Source: Tubiluchus corallicola
Lineage: Eukaryota > Animalia > Priapulida
DNA length: 64,000 nt
Direction of reading: 5' to 3'
Assembly (NCBI GenBank): GCA_030141605.1
Contig: JAQGDQ010000070.1
Location: 62,001 to 126,000 of the forward strand
Below the pieces are notes generated by a model that saw only the letters and a program-made list of their open reading frames with translations, did not search any database and was not told the DNA's origin. The position numbers and the translations under genes were made by a program. Within the stretch, counting starts at the first letter, position 1, and each line of letters begins with the position of its first letter. Positions 48,101-59,228 of the stretch are shown piece by piece.

Positions 48101-49867
48101 AGAACCTCCCATATTTTTTTAAACCAGCAGAGTCAGTTATGTTGAGAAAGAGTCAAGACTGGGTGCAAATCCTGTTTTGAGCTAACTGAATAATGTATGA
48201 TGTTCACAAAAAGTGTTCAGAATCTTATTGGGGAAGCTGCAGTGGCCAGTGTGAAAGTGGTATAAAATTAAAGCATATGTTTGCATTGTGAAGACTGCTT
48301 TGTGCACTCTCATTCTGATTCTTGCCACATGTATTTTGCTGAAGTAAGGAAATTTGAAACGTAGAATCTGTCAATTTCGTTTGTGAACTTTTCAACAACA
48401 GTAGAATTTCTTATTTTGGTAGAAGACATCTGTGTGCTGCGGTAATGATGAACGATGTAATGATGTAGAGTTTGTTTGTAGACACTTGCTCTGGTACCAA
48501 GCTTTGTAGTGACAAACAAAAGATACTTAATCTAGTTTATTTAAAGAATTTGCAATAAATTTTTATTTAAGAAGGGTGCAGTTGGTGGTGGTTAAATGGT
48601 GGCTTCATCTGAGGAGGCCCAAACAAAACTAGGAATGAGCATTCTCTCAGAAAGTGAATTCGAATCAAACCGAATTTCAAGATTTCAAATCTGAATCGAA
48701 TTCAGTTTTTAAAGATTTCCGAATAATTTTTTGAATCAAAACAAAAAGCAGCTACGCAAAGATCATGCATATTGCTTAATTTTGTTCTGCAAGGAAAACA
48801 CTAATACTTACTTAATAGTTGTGCATACAAATCACAACTAAATTGTGTTGATTGCATGATGTTTCAAATATTTTAATGATAAAAATATGTGTTCAAATCA
48901 ACAATTTTAGGTTTGAATCGAATTTGAATTAAAAAAAAAAAACTTGCTTGAATTCAACTCGAACGTTTGATACCCACCCCTAATAGAAACCAGTTTAAAC
49001 TAATCCTCTACTGTAAATATAATCAACTACAAGAACTGAGAAGTCAATGGACTAATGGTATGGGGTCGATTTTTTAAAATATTAACTGATTGGATGGGAA
49101 ACCAGAAACAACACAATTTAAAAGTTTACCATGCAAGATGAGTGAAATGACTGTCGACAGACACCCCAACGACTTCGCAGTGAATCTTGCGGAACTCCTC
49201 AACTCTGTCGCTAAAAGCAATGATCTCTGTTGGGCAAACGAATGTGCTGAAAAAACGAAAAAACTGGTTTAAACTGTCACGCAAAAATTAGAGCAAGTAA
49301 AAATCTTAGTAAAGATATATAGATACAAACCAGCTGGGTAAATGCAACTGTATTGTTATTCCTTGCGAGAAATTATCATCTGAAGAACAATTAAGTTTGG
49401 CAGACTAAACATTCTCATTCAATGTCAATTTTTAGAGTAGAGTATGTCAGTACAATTGTACGACTGTTTTTAATATCGATCTTACAATATTTACAATTTT
49501 GTGATTTTAGAATAATTAATTTTATAATAACTGTAAGTTATAACAGACTTTTTAATTGCGAAGCATACTGAGATCACTTGATGTGATGCACTGTACAAAT
49601 AATAAATTATTATAACTATTTTAACATAATTTCTATGAATGCAGTTCTTAAACTTCATTATTTGAATATTCGCTTATGTATTTCAAAGTGAACTAACAGT
49701 AGTTGAAATAACATAACTAAAACTTACAAATCTAATGGGTAAAAGAAGAATACTAGATATTTTCCCTTATAATCGGACAAGCTTATGTCTTTGAAGTCGC
49801 CATTTACAACGGCTTGGGCCTTCCATGCGGGAGCAGGATGGCCAATTTTCGCACAGCCAGCCGACAT
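41486..49867 (-). CDS. PRDX1: Typical 2-Cys peroxiredoxin (Prx1/2-type thioredoxin peroxidase), 203 aa, 5 coding exons
   Basis: Exons 49867-49728, 49246-49130, 45421-45299, 43693-43563 and 41586-41486 join in frame (612 nt). They contain [14 protein letters not shown] (peroxidatic Cys), GGLG, GEVCPAGW (resolving Cys) and the YF motif. No signal or transit peptide is evident. An acceptor just before the ATG implies a 5' UTR exon near 50.6-50.8 kb. Confidence 0.95.
45141..45188. repeat. (TG)n microsatellite
   Basis: TG dinucleotide run in a peroxiredoxin intron. Confidence 0.95.
48630..48982. mobile_element. hAT-type MITE of the same family as 14256-14351, opposite orientation
   Basis: Starts TAGGAATGAGCATTCTCTCAGAAAGTGAATTCGAATC, close to the reverse complement of the end of the 14256 element, and ends CCCACCCCTA. 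Confidence 0.7.
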
Positions 49868-51909
49868 TCTGAAAATGAAAGAGTGCTTCAAAAACAGTCA
49901 CCACCTGACAAGCTGAGGTCTAGAAAACAAGCTTCCAGTTAAGCTGGTTAAGATAAATTCAAAAAATAAAGAGAGATCATAGAAAACAAAGGAAACAATT
50001 TGGTTCCTTCTTCGTTTAATATAGCAATTGCCAAGAATGATGAAGCCACTGAAGCTAAACCAAGGTGTAGAAGTTACATCGTGTAACATTCATCTATCCA
50101 TTAATAAAGGCACAATCAATAAGCCAAAGCAATCAAGAAGAATTAACAATTATTACTTAATACTGTACTACAGTATTAATTAAAGTTTTCGGTTTGTCTG
50201 ATAAAACTTACGTCAGTAAAAACTGGAATTTTAGCCAATTTATATTAACTTAAATTATTGCTTTAACTTTCTGACTAAACACGTAGCTGTACTGGTCTAT
50301 AAATACAGTTACTGATTTTTACTAACTGTAATAGCATAGCGAAATTATTAATTACTAGTAATACTACAATTTTTTCAAGTGGTCTAGGCGGCAGGTGCTT
50401 ATAAATGGGCAAGTTTCGTTTAATGAGAATCATCGTAGAAATTAGAACAGTCAGTTCATAAATAACGATTATGCACCTAGTGCACGAACATTATTACTCC
50501 GGAATAATCTAGAAACCGGCATGCAGAATGACCTTGACAAACCCATTACCGGCCTATGCCCAAGCACGCCCGGCTTGCCATGCTTACATTTTAGTTGCAA
50601 CTCACCGTCTTGTAAAAACGTTTTACTAAAATACCTTAACAAAGAAGATCAATAAATACAAAAGTAAACCTATTAACGTTTACAATACGTACTCAGTTTC
50701 GTGATGAGCGCGAGAAAATAAAGGCATCAATAACCTGTAACAACTCAAGCTCACCACTAAACCAAATGATCTCCAGTCTACTTCAGTTACGCGAGAACTG
50801 ATACACGCAGCTAGCACCACGTAGTGTCAGAAAAATTAAATGTTTATATGCGGCGTCAATCAGTCGGCGCTTTCAATTCATCTCAAGTGAAGAAAATGAA
50901 TGTTAGAGATAGTTTCATAATTAAAATAACTTCCATTTGGTTGCTTGTGTAATCAAATGTCCAGAAATAATAACTACTAAATGACTAAACAAGCACTCAA
51001 TTTATGCTTATAAACTGGCCATTTACCATTATAGCGTTATAAAAAATTAAATTTTTAAAAAAGACTAAAAAGAAAATATTGTTGTTTAACTTATTTACGA
51101 AAAATGTGTGCACAACTAACAAACCGATTTTTATTAAGCATTGCAAAAAGTCTTGCAGCACAACTATACAGTTTTTCTTATAAACAAAGCAATATGATTA
51201 ATATGTCATAAAAAACACCAGATTCTAGACATTCCTACTAATGGAGATTATCTTATAAAATAAAACAAATTACAAAAATTATAATGAAAACAAAACTGTT
51301 AGCATTAACTCATTCCTGTTATTTCATTTTGGAAATAACTCATTTCCAAACTTCGATAATTTTCACAACATTTGTGTGGTGAAAATACCTGCACAGAAAG
51401 ACAATCGTTTTCAACTGCAATAATAACAAAGTCTACTGAACTACTGAGCTGCAGGTATAACATTAGCACATGTATAAAGTAGGGTTGTTTAACAAACATA
51501 TACCTGCATGGTAATGAAACGTGCTTGGCAACCAAGTCAAGCAGCAACAAGACTGGCTATTAAATAGATAGCAGTGCCAGAAAAACGTCTTTGAACCAAT
51601 TAATTTCTCTCAATCTGGGAGAATTTTATACCCATCCCAATGTGATTCAGACACATCTTAGAAGATCATTCTTGTAATTGTTCTCATAATTTGGGTTTGT
51701 TCCAGCTGCTGACACTCAACATTAGCCGTAAACCTTCTTGGTGAGTGTTAGATTGTCAGGCAGTGTGTCAAACTGGATAAAAAATACTTTGCAAATTGTG
51801 ATTATAAATGGCATGCAGCAAACTTAAAATGTCTGTTTTTCAAGTTTCTGATGTGCCACAATAAAAACTTTATATTTGAAAATCATGCTTTTGGGGTGTT
51901 CCTTTAAAC

Positions 51910-52630
51910 CAGTGGTTCCCAACCTTTTCCTTGCCAAGTACCCCTTCTAAATGTGGCGATCTTCAGCGTACCCCCACCTGATATTTTTCAACAAATCGTT
52001 TGAAAAACCAGTTTCCAGAAAACAACGATTAATTTTATCGACATTTTTTTATTTTAACTTTTTTTGAAAACATGAATTTTATCACTGATTATTAAGAAAT
52101 ACGTAATTTGAACAACTTTCTCGAATATGAAAACACCAATACAAGGAAACGCGATCTTCACAGCAGTCATAATTAATGCACACGCTGTTCTTGATGATTA
52201 TCAACAAGTTTTTTGATATCAGGTTTAATTGTTGATATTGCGACTCGCATGTCGCTCCTCAAATCCAAACGGTTTCTTACCTTCGTCTTCAAATGTAGCA
52301 TTGCACTGAAGCCTAGCTCACATTTGTATGTTGTCACAAATGGAACCAACACCTCGAAAGCCAAATACAGCACAAACAAAGCAACAAAATATAAGCTTTT
52401 CGTGAGCGGGTAAAAGTATTTTCTAGCGCACTGCGCAGGAATGATATTGTTTATGAAATATTGCCTAACCTGTAGAAAGAATATCGCGATGCTGCAACTT
52501 GGTGTATTTTACCCTTTTCACCGGCTACAGAAAGAAAAAAATGTGTCGATCTGACACACCTTCTGCGTACCCCTGGCATTGCTGTTGCGTACCCCCAGGG
52601 GGTACCCGTACTCCCGGTTGGGAACCACTG
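51910..52630 (-). mobile_element. Non-autonomous hAT (Charlie/Buster) transposon with a transposase C-terminal remnant
   Basis: 15-bp TIR CAGTGGTTCCCAACC / GGTTGGGAACCACTG and perfect 8-bp TSD CTTTAAAC (51902-51909, 52631-52638). The internal fragment LVPFVTTYKCELGFSAMLHLKTKVRNRLD is a hAT dimerisation-domain signature. Confidence 0.93.
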
Positions 52631-53187
52631 CTTTAAACACACAAATGATACCAAACATTTCCCCTTGTATAGTGTAAAAATGTATAAACAAAGTTTATAC
52701 TTATAAACTTTGTTTATAAACTTACTTTACTTATAAACTTTGTATGTGCATTAAATTATGTTAAAAGTACCTACAGTGCTTTCTACATGCAAAAGTCAAA
52801 TGTTACGAGGAAAAGCTAGAGTGGAAATTGCAAAAAATAGCACAATCCATCACAAACATTTCCAAGTTTTTTGGTTGCAAATGCGGGCATATGGCATCGA
52901 CAAAGCCTACTGTAGCTCTAAAATTCACTAGTAGAATCTTTCTGATCTTGCTAACAGAAAATTTTAAAACCCGTTTCTTTCACTTTTTCTATTTCGTAGT
53001 ATTCACAGATTTAATACACTCAGTGCAATAAAGGTCTGCAAGTTGTTGCAAATATCGATTAAAAAGGTATTTAATTGGTAAGGTGATTAATTCGATATAC
53101 TGAGCTATCATATTCACCATCAAATAATTTGCCATTTATCATCAGTTGATGTACAACATATAAAAATGCACAAGTTAATCTTTAAGG

Positions 53188-54669
53188 TCAGTAATTATCA
53201 TAGTGCTGTAGTCTGTATAATAAAGCATCACCCTTGTTTGTGCCAACGGCATAGTAACCACTATTGAGAGAAATGTCCTGGCACAAAGGAATACGCAACG
53301 CCTGATCTTTCATGTCTGGGAAATTGGAGAAAACAGTCATGGAAGGAAAGTGCACCATCTTCACAGCCTTCTCTTTTTCTGAAGATATCATGGTCATAAG
53401 TTCGGAAGTACAGTTGAATTTAAGATCGGTTACCGGAGTGGTCATGTTCAGCAGAACTTTCTTAGGTTTTGGAAATGAGGATGACACACAGTCGGTTTGG
53501 TCGTAGATATTTACGATGCCGCTATTGGACCCGCATGCAATAAACTGATCATTAGGTGAACAGGCTATGGCCGTGCCTTGCAAACAGCCTTCATCAACAA
53601 ATTTGTGAACGCAGGCGAGTGAATTCACATCCCAAACATACACCTTGCCTTCGTCACCACTTGAGTAAAGGGTATCACCGCTATGGCTGAAACACATGCT
53701 ACTGACATTGCCGTTCATCTTAATCGTTTTTATCAACTCTTTAGTTCTTGCGGAAAGCAAATGCATTCGCCCGTAAGTTCCATAGAACACAATAAATTTC
53801 CCGTCGGGCGAGACTACGAATCTTCTCATCACGTTTTCCTCTGTAGCTTTAATGTATTTGACACGCACGATCTTTCCTACCATCATGTTATAGTAATAAA
53901 AATATGCAAAATTTGAGCCAACAATGAACTCTTCTCCATTTGCTGCAAAACGTGCACAATGGATTGGAAACCTTTCAAAATAGATGCTTTCTATCCTGGG
54001 ATTATTCTTCCCGTCCACCTGGTACAAGCTGACGCGCAGATCAAAACCGGCAGTGAGAATGACTTGTGCAGATGGATGAAACTGCAGGCTCTTCACTCTT
54101 CCTGGAGACGTTGCGACACTTTCGTAGTTTGCATTTTTGCACTTTTTCACAGAAATGATGCCTTTAGGTAAAGTGCTAAACGAGCGAAGATACGATCCTG
54201 TTTGCTGTAGCAGACCCGTTTCTTCGGATTTTTCAGCCCTAGCAATATCCAGATTAGCCCACTTTGGTGTACCCGATATATTTTCAAACTGGGCTTTTCT
54301 GTTGCTTGTTCGGTCATCGTTCACTGCACTTTTCTGCCGCACATTAATATTAACGCTATTGTGTGCATCGTCATCATCTTCCCAAACGGGAACTCTTTGA
54401 GGAAGGGCATCCAATACGTCACTTCCACCTAACTCACTCTCAGTTTCTCCTGCCTTTTTGCTAGAACTTCCCAGATGTTGACTTTCACCCAAGCTCGTCA
54501 GCAATTCTGCACTGTCTCCAAAGACGAGTTTCTCAAATATTTTTTCTTCTTCATCTTTAGGTCTGCCTGATGGTTTCAAAGTTTTTGATTTTTTTCTTGG
54601 AGACTCACCATCTTCAGCTTCTTTGTGCTCAGAATGTTTACGTTCTACTGTTTTACTTTTACGTAGCAT
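53188..54669 (-). CDS. UTP18: U3 small nucleolar RNA-associated protein 18 homolog (WD40, SSU processome), 493 aa, intronless
   Basis: Motifs EKLVFG, PVWEDDDD, GTPKWA, QFHPSAQVILTAG, LYQVDGKNNPRIESI, FVDEGCLQG, VHFPSMTVFSNFP and LLYRLQHYDNY. The first ATG is at 54669; the ORF track's 54681 start is a TTG. Confidence 0.95.
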   Translation of the reverse strand: MLRKSKTVERKHSEHKEAEDGESPRKKSKTLKPSGRPKDEEEKIFEKLVFGDSAELLTSLGESQHLGSSSKKAGETESELGGSDVLDALPQRVPVWEDDDDAHNSVNINVRQKSAVNDDRTSNRKAQFENISGTPKWANLDIARAEKSEETGLLQQTGSYLRSFSTLPKGIISVKKCKNANYESVATSPGRVKSLQFHPSAQVILTAGFDLRVSLYQVDGKNNPRIESIYFERFPIHCARFAANGEEFIVGSNFAYFYYYNMMVGKIVRVKYIKATEENVMRRFVVSPDGKFIVFYGTYGRMHLLSARTKELIKTIKMNGNVSSMCFSHSGDTLYSSGDEGKVYVWDVNSLACVHKFVDEGCLQGTAIACSPNDQFIACGSNSGIVNIYDQTDCVSSSFPKPKKVLLNMTTPVTDLKFNCTSELMTMISSEKEKAVKMVHFPSMTVFSNFPDMKDQALRIPLCQDISLNSGYYAVGTNKGDALLYRLQHYDNY

Positions 54670-54698
54670 TTTGCTGTTCAATCACTAAATTTCAATCT

Positions 54699-57600
54699 TC
54701 AAAATTCCCCTGTACCTTCTAGAAATGCAAGAGCATCAATTGACTGCATAGTTGACTCTGCAAAGTACATAAAATAATTAGTATGTTCAATTTAATGATA
54801 AAACAAAAAATTAAAAAACAACATATCAAAAATTAAGCAATCTATCTAATCATATTTTCTCTGTGATTGCCGTATCTGCAAATGGTCAACATTAAAAAAA
54901 CTCATCGTTGATTCAACATTAATCTAATAAAAGTGATAACAGTGATAAAAAGTAATCCACGCGAGATTTGCATATGGGGAAATTTTGTTCATTTTTATTG
55001 AGTTATTGTAATTATGATCAATGCCTTTGAATTAAAAATATTAAATATTCGAAGATAACTGTTTCACCTCCATTGCTTTTCTTAAATAAGTACAAGTCTG
55101 GACTCCAATTGTCAATCTCCTCATGCAGTCATACACGTAATTTTTTGTGCTTTAACTATCTGCCTATTTATTTTACCTCAGATCATCAAAAATTTACATT
55201 ATTATGATATATTATGACTCCATTATACATTCGCTTGCTTATGTCTAAGAATTATGCTTGTGTTATAAAGTAAATTTCAGTTGCCATTGTTATTATGTTT
55301 CTGTTGTCAGATTTTTATTTCAGTTCTTATTTCAGTTATTTTCAGTTTGATTTTTTTATATTATGCACTTACTATTACTGTGTATGAATTGTACTAACAC
55401 GTTATAAACATATCAATTTAATGTCATTCGTAACAATTTAGTTTTTATTATAAGCAGTACTAACACTAATACACTGTAGCATAGCGCCTATAAAAAATGT
55501 TCATCACTAACCAAAGGGCAGCTGACTAGATGACCAATTGGTCTTTCACTGCCCTTTCTTCACATTTTTGTTACCAAATTAATTGTATTATAACTGTGCG
55601 TGTGTTGAAAGATAAATAAAAGATTATTATTATTATTATTATATTATTATTACAATGTGCATAATCAAAATTTCAAGGTTAATGCCGCCTCCATTATTCC
55701 ATTTAAACAACTTGTAATTGGAGCTATCGGTCAGATTTTTACCACGCGCTTTAGTCAGCTAAAGAACTAAAAAACTGACACTACAAAACGCTCTTCATTC
55801 AACTATATTGGAAACTGGGAAACTGGAAAATATAGGAAATAGGTCCATAACAGACTTTTGTCTTTGTGTTGTGCAGGTAAATCAATTTTTGCAAACTGAC
55901 AACTGCATTAAAATCTTTTTTGCTATCATCGATCAGGAGCCTGCTCTGATATGACATACCCTATCCTCATTCTCAGCATTAATTACTTACCAAAATCACG
56001 TTTTTGCAAAGTTTTCCGCTTACTTCTGGCTAAGTATTCATTTGCTTCCTTTGCAAAACTAGCAACGAACAGTTCCTGGAAGAAAAATTCTGTTCTATAA
56101 CAAATCTGCTTTGATAAAATTATGAATGAATGAAAAATTTATTAGCATTACATACTACTTCATTTCAACTGTTGAATAACATAATACATTAAAAATTCAT
56201 AAAATAAATTATTTTAAAATACACTAAAAATTAATTCACCATAAAAATAACAATTTAAAATATAAGTCATAAGTTATTTATTGAAGTGCCTGGCAGACAT
56301 ATTACGTATCCAAATGTTTTTTATTTTTTACACAAATTAAAGAAATTATATAATTTTAGATCATGAATGTCAGATAGTCAAATACATGTAGTAAGATGCC
56401 ATTCAATTTTAGCTCAAAAGGTTAAATTAGAAACATTAATCATCTGTCAAATCTAGACTATCTAGCAAAGCTTTTCACCTGCACTGTGGAGTATTAAATG
56501 CCAATAAACAGGCATCTTAGCAATTGTCACTACTGTGACAAGCACTCGCTGAGAACATAATATCAGTTATTGTTGCTGTTTACTCGTTGCATACTGCTTT
56601 GCTTGACACTGATGTGCACAGAATTTTCAATGATTTATACAAAACAGAAGCTTCCTTTGCATGTATTTATTTTTTAATGACACAATAAGTTTTGCCTGCA
56701 TTACGACAGTCTAAAAGGTTAACATTACTAATGTTTGTAAACAAAAGCCTAAATGAGGGTGTAAATGTTATGTCATGTCACGTGATCAGTCACATGCTGG
56801 CTTTTCGATTGGCGGACTAAATGAAACGTATCTGTAGCGGTTGAAATATTTTGCAAAAATTGGAGTAAACATGAAAACGTAAGTACTTTATTCGCATAAG
56901 ATTATATTTGGGTGATATAATGTTTCAATGTGAGTTTTTTGAAATTTACTTATACTACTCTTTCCTTGTCCTTTAAATAGCAATTTTTTGTAGCTTTACT
57001 TTCTTTAGATGCTAATGCACAAACAGGAATACAAAGAAAAAACTGCAAACTTGCAAAATACAATTCACTAAACTAATACTGATTTTACAACTCTGTTAGT
57101 AACTACGACTACTGGGCAAGTAATTAGATAAAGAGAAATAACACAATTAACGAGAAATAACTTAATTTTAACAATTTTTTTGCACGAAAATATGGCACTT
57201 GAGGACCAAACTCACAAAATTGTGACCTTAGACTACCTTACTGTTTACATTCCTTGTTTGTTTTGTTTCGTATTTTAAAACGTTTGTTTTCCAGTTGTAA
57301 AACAGGATTAATAAGTGTACGTTTTGGTACTCTTTACAAGCCATTTCAAGCACAGGCTTGCTATTGAAGATTGCTGTAAACATGATGCCAATGTTTTTTG
57401 TCAAAGTAATCAGTTATTTTCTGCTTCTTGCAGTCACTGCATATTTATCCAATCTGTGCGGCTAATCTAATAGATACTTCAAAATACTGCCACTCGTATA
57501 TAAAGTATAAAAACTGGACGAAGACAATTTTATTTTTTGATTTCAAAATTATGATTATTTATTCTCAAATATGGTAATAATTAGGGATGCACCGGATCTG

Positions 57601-59228
57601 GATCCTGATATCTAGTAATTTTCGTTGGATCATGCACCGCTTGTATTTCTATTTTTATGCATAAAGCTACAGACTGCACACTGATTGTGAAAAAAATAGG
57701 CATAACTGTTTAATTAGCCGAATAGTCTTAACTTTTTTAAAGAACTCGAAGGATTTCTATTAATATTTTTAGGAATTTACGTAAGTAGCGCAAGCGATAT
57801 AGCAATCTTCACGCTGTGGTTCCTTGAAGCAAATAGCGCAAAAATAGCACCATTGCACCAAAAATGTCTGCTAAAAGTTTAGAGCCATTTACTTCCAAGA
57901 GTAAAAGCATAGATGGCATTTTTTGAATGTAAACCAAGTGCGGATCAAGTTTTCAAAATTATAGTACATCAATGCTTGCAGTAGTTCCACTTAAAATTAC
58001 TCAGTGACCCTGAAAATTGACAAACGATGCAACCATATGAATAAAAGGCTACACAAATGAAATACTGTTTCCATTAATTTGTAGGCCGTACAGATTCGTA
58101 TCCGATCCGGAACCGGTAACAGTGAATCCGGTGCATGCCTATTAATAATAGGTGTATAAAAACAGAAGAAAGTTTGGCTTAAAACTGAAAATTGGAGCAC
58201 AAGTAGACGCATTAGTGCTGTTAATTTTTGAATGACTTCAATAGTTGCCCACACAGTGGCACTTCTTGGATTGGAAGCATTTTTCGTTAGTTATTTTCCG
58301 GAAACATTTTAGGCACTCATAATGTGCTCATCTGTGTAGGTACTTAATTACAAATGTAGCAATTTACTAAGTGTCACCTGGTTAACACATGCCTACAATA
58401 CATAGCTACTTTCTTTCCATGTTTTGGTTTCAAAAAGACTGTAAATTGTAATCTTGTTAATAAAATTCAAAATCTGAGATGGTCACTGGAAAGTTTTTAA
58501 AAATCTAGGTGTGTTGTCAATACATAATTTAAAGTATACTATAAATGTTACAATTTGTGTAAGTGATGCATTGTTAACTGCAAATTTCAACACAGAAAAA
58601 ATACAAAGTTTCATTAATAAGGAGATATAGTTAACATGGAAAGCTTAGTTTACCAGCTACAGGGACCGGTGTAGTGACTTCTGTATCACATTCCTTGAAC
58701 ACATTTATCAGAATTTTCCAGAGGACCAGCTTTAAATTTGCACCGTGACAGTGGTCATCAAATTCAGCTCGTCCCTGGCTGCTACCGCCCATCATGGTGC
58801 AAGTTCTTCATTAATTTAGGCATGTGAAATATTACTTTACTATTCAAATATTTTTCTATGACCCAGGACAAAGTACGTAAACTTACAGTAGCCTTTCCAA
58901 TGAGGAAGACAGCTTCTTGGCTGGCTAATGTGACATCTGGATCTTGCTTTATTATAAATTTAACGCGTGATAAGGGAAACCTATTCGTCGTTTCCAAACA
59001 AGGCTGTGCTTCTTTTCCACCAACTTCAACTGCGTTACTGTCTATCGCAACGTGGCCGGCATTAACTAACGGCTCTGCAGCAAACTCAGTGTTATTTTCC
59101 TCAATGTTCCGATTTGTAACAGTTTCTGATTTGTCACTGTCAGTTTTATCTGTATTGTTTTCAATGTCAGACTGCTGAGAATTTGAAACATGAATTTCAG
59201 CAGAAACAATAATTTTCCCACCATCCAT
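54699..59228 (-). CDS. POLE4: DNA polymerase epsilon subunit 4 (histone-fold protein), about 161 aa, 3 coding exons
   Basis: Exons 59228-58887, 56075-55991 and 54757-54699 join in frame as ...RFPLSRVKFIIKQDPDVTLASQEAVFLIGKAT|ELFVASFAKEANEYLARSKRKTLQKRDF|ESTMQSIDALAFLEGTGEF*. Confidence 0.92.
55040..55652 (+). mobile_element. Decayed L2/CR1-like LINE 3' end in POLE4 intron 2
   Basis: Stem-loop GGGCAGCTGACTAGATGACCAATTGGTCTTTCACTGCCC (55516-55554), AATAAA and an (ATT)n tail. The 5' boundary is approximate. Confidence 0.45.
57582..58141. mobile_element. hAT-type MITE in POLE4 intron 1
   Basis: TIRs TAGGGATGCACCGGA / TCCGGTGCATGCCTA and an 8-bp TSD GTAATAAT / TTAATAAT. Confidence 0.8.

Noticed and set aside
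43694-49129. Intronic C/D or H/ACA snoRNAs in peroxiredoxin introns
   Set aside because: I saw no properly spaced C/D box pair with a terminal stem by eye; an Infernal/Rfam scan would be needed to exclude them.
54670-54701. POLE4-UTP18 fusion protein by read-through or frameshift
   Set aside because: The spacer is 29 nt (out of frame), with TAG TGA in the UTP18 frame and a second TGA in the POLE4 frame.
58782-58886. C-terminal part of ORF 58782-59228 (VSLRTLSW...)
   Set aside because: Intron read-through past the GTAAGT donor at 58886; POLE4 similarity continues in the exon at 56075.
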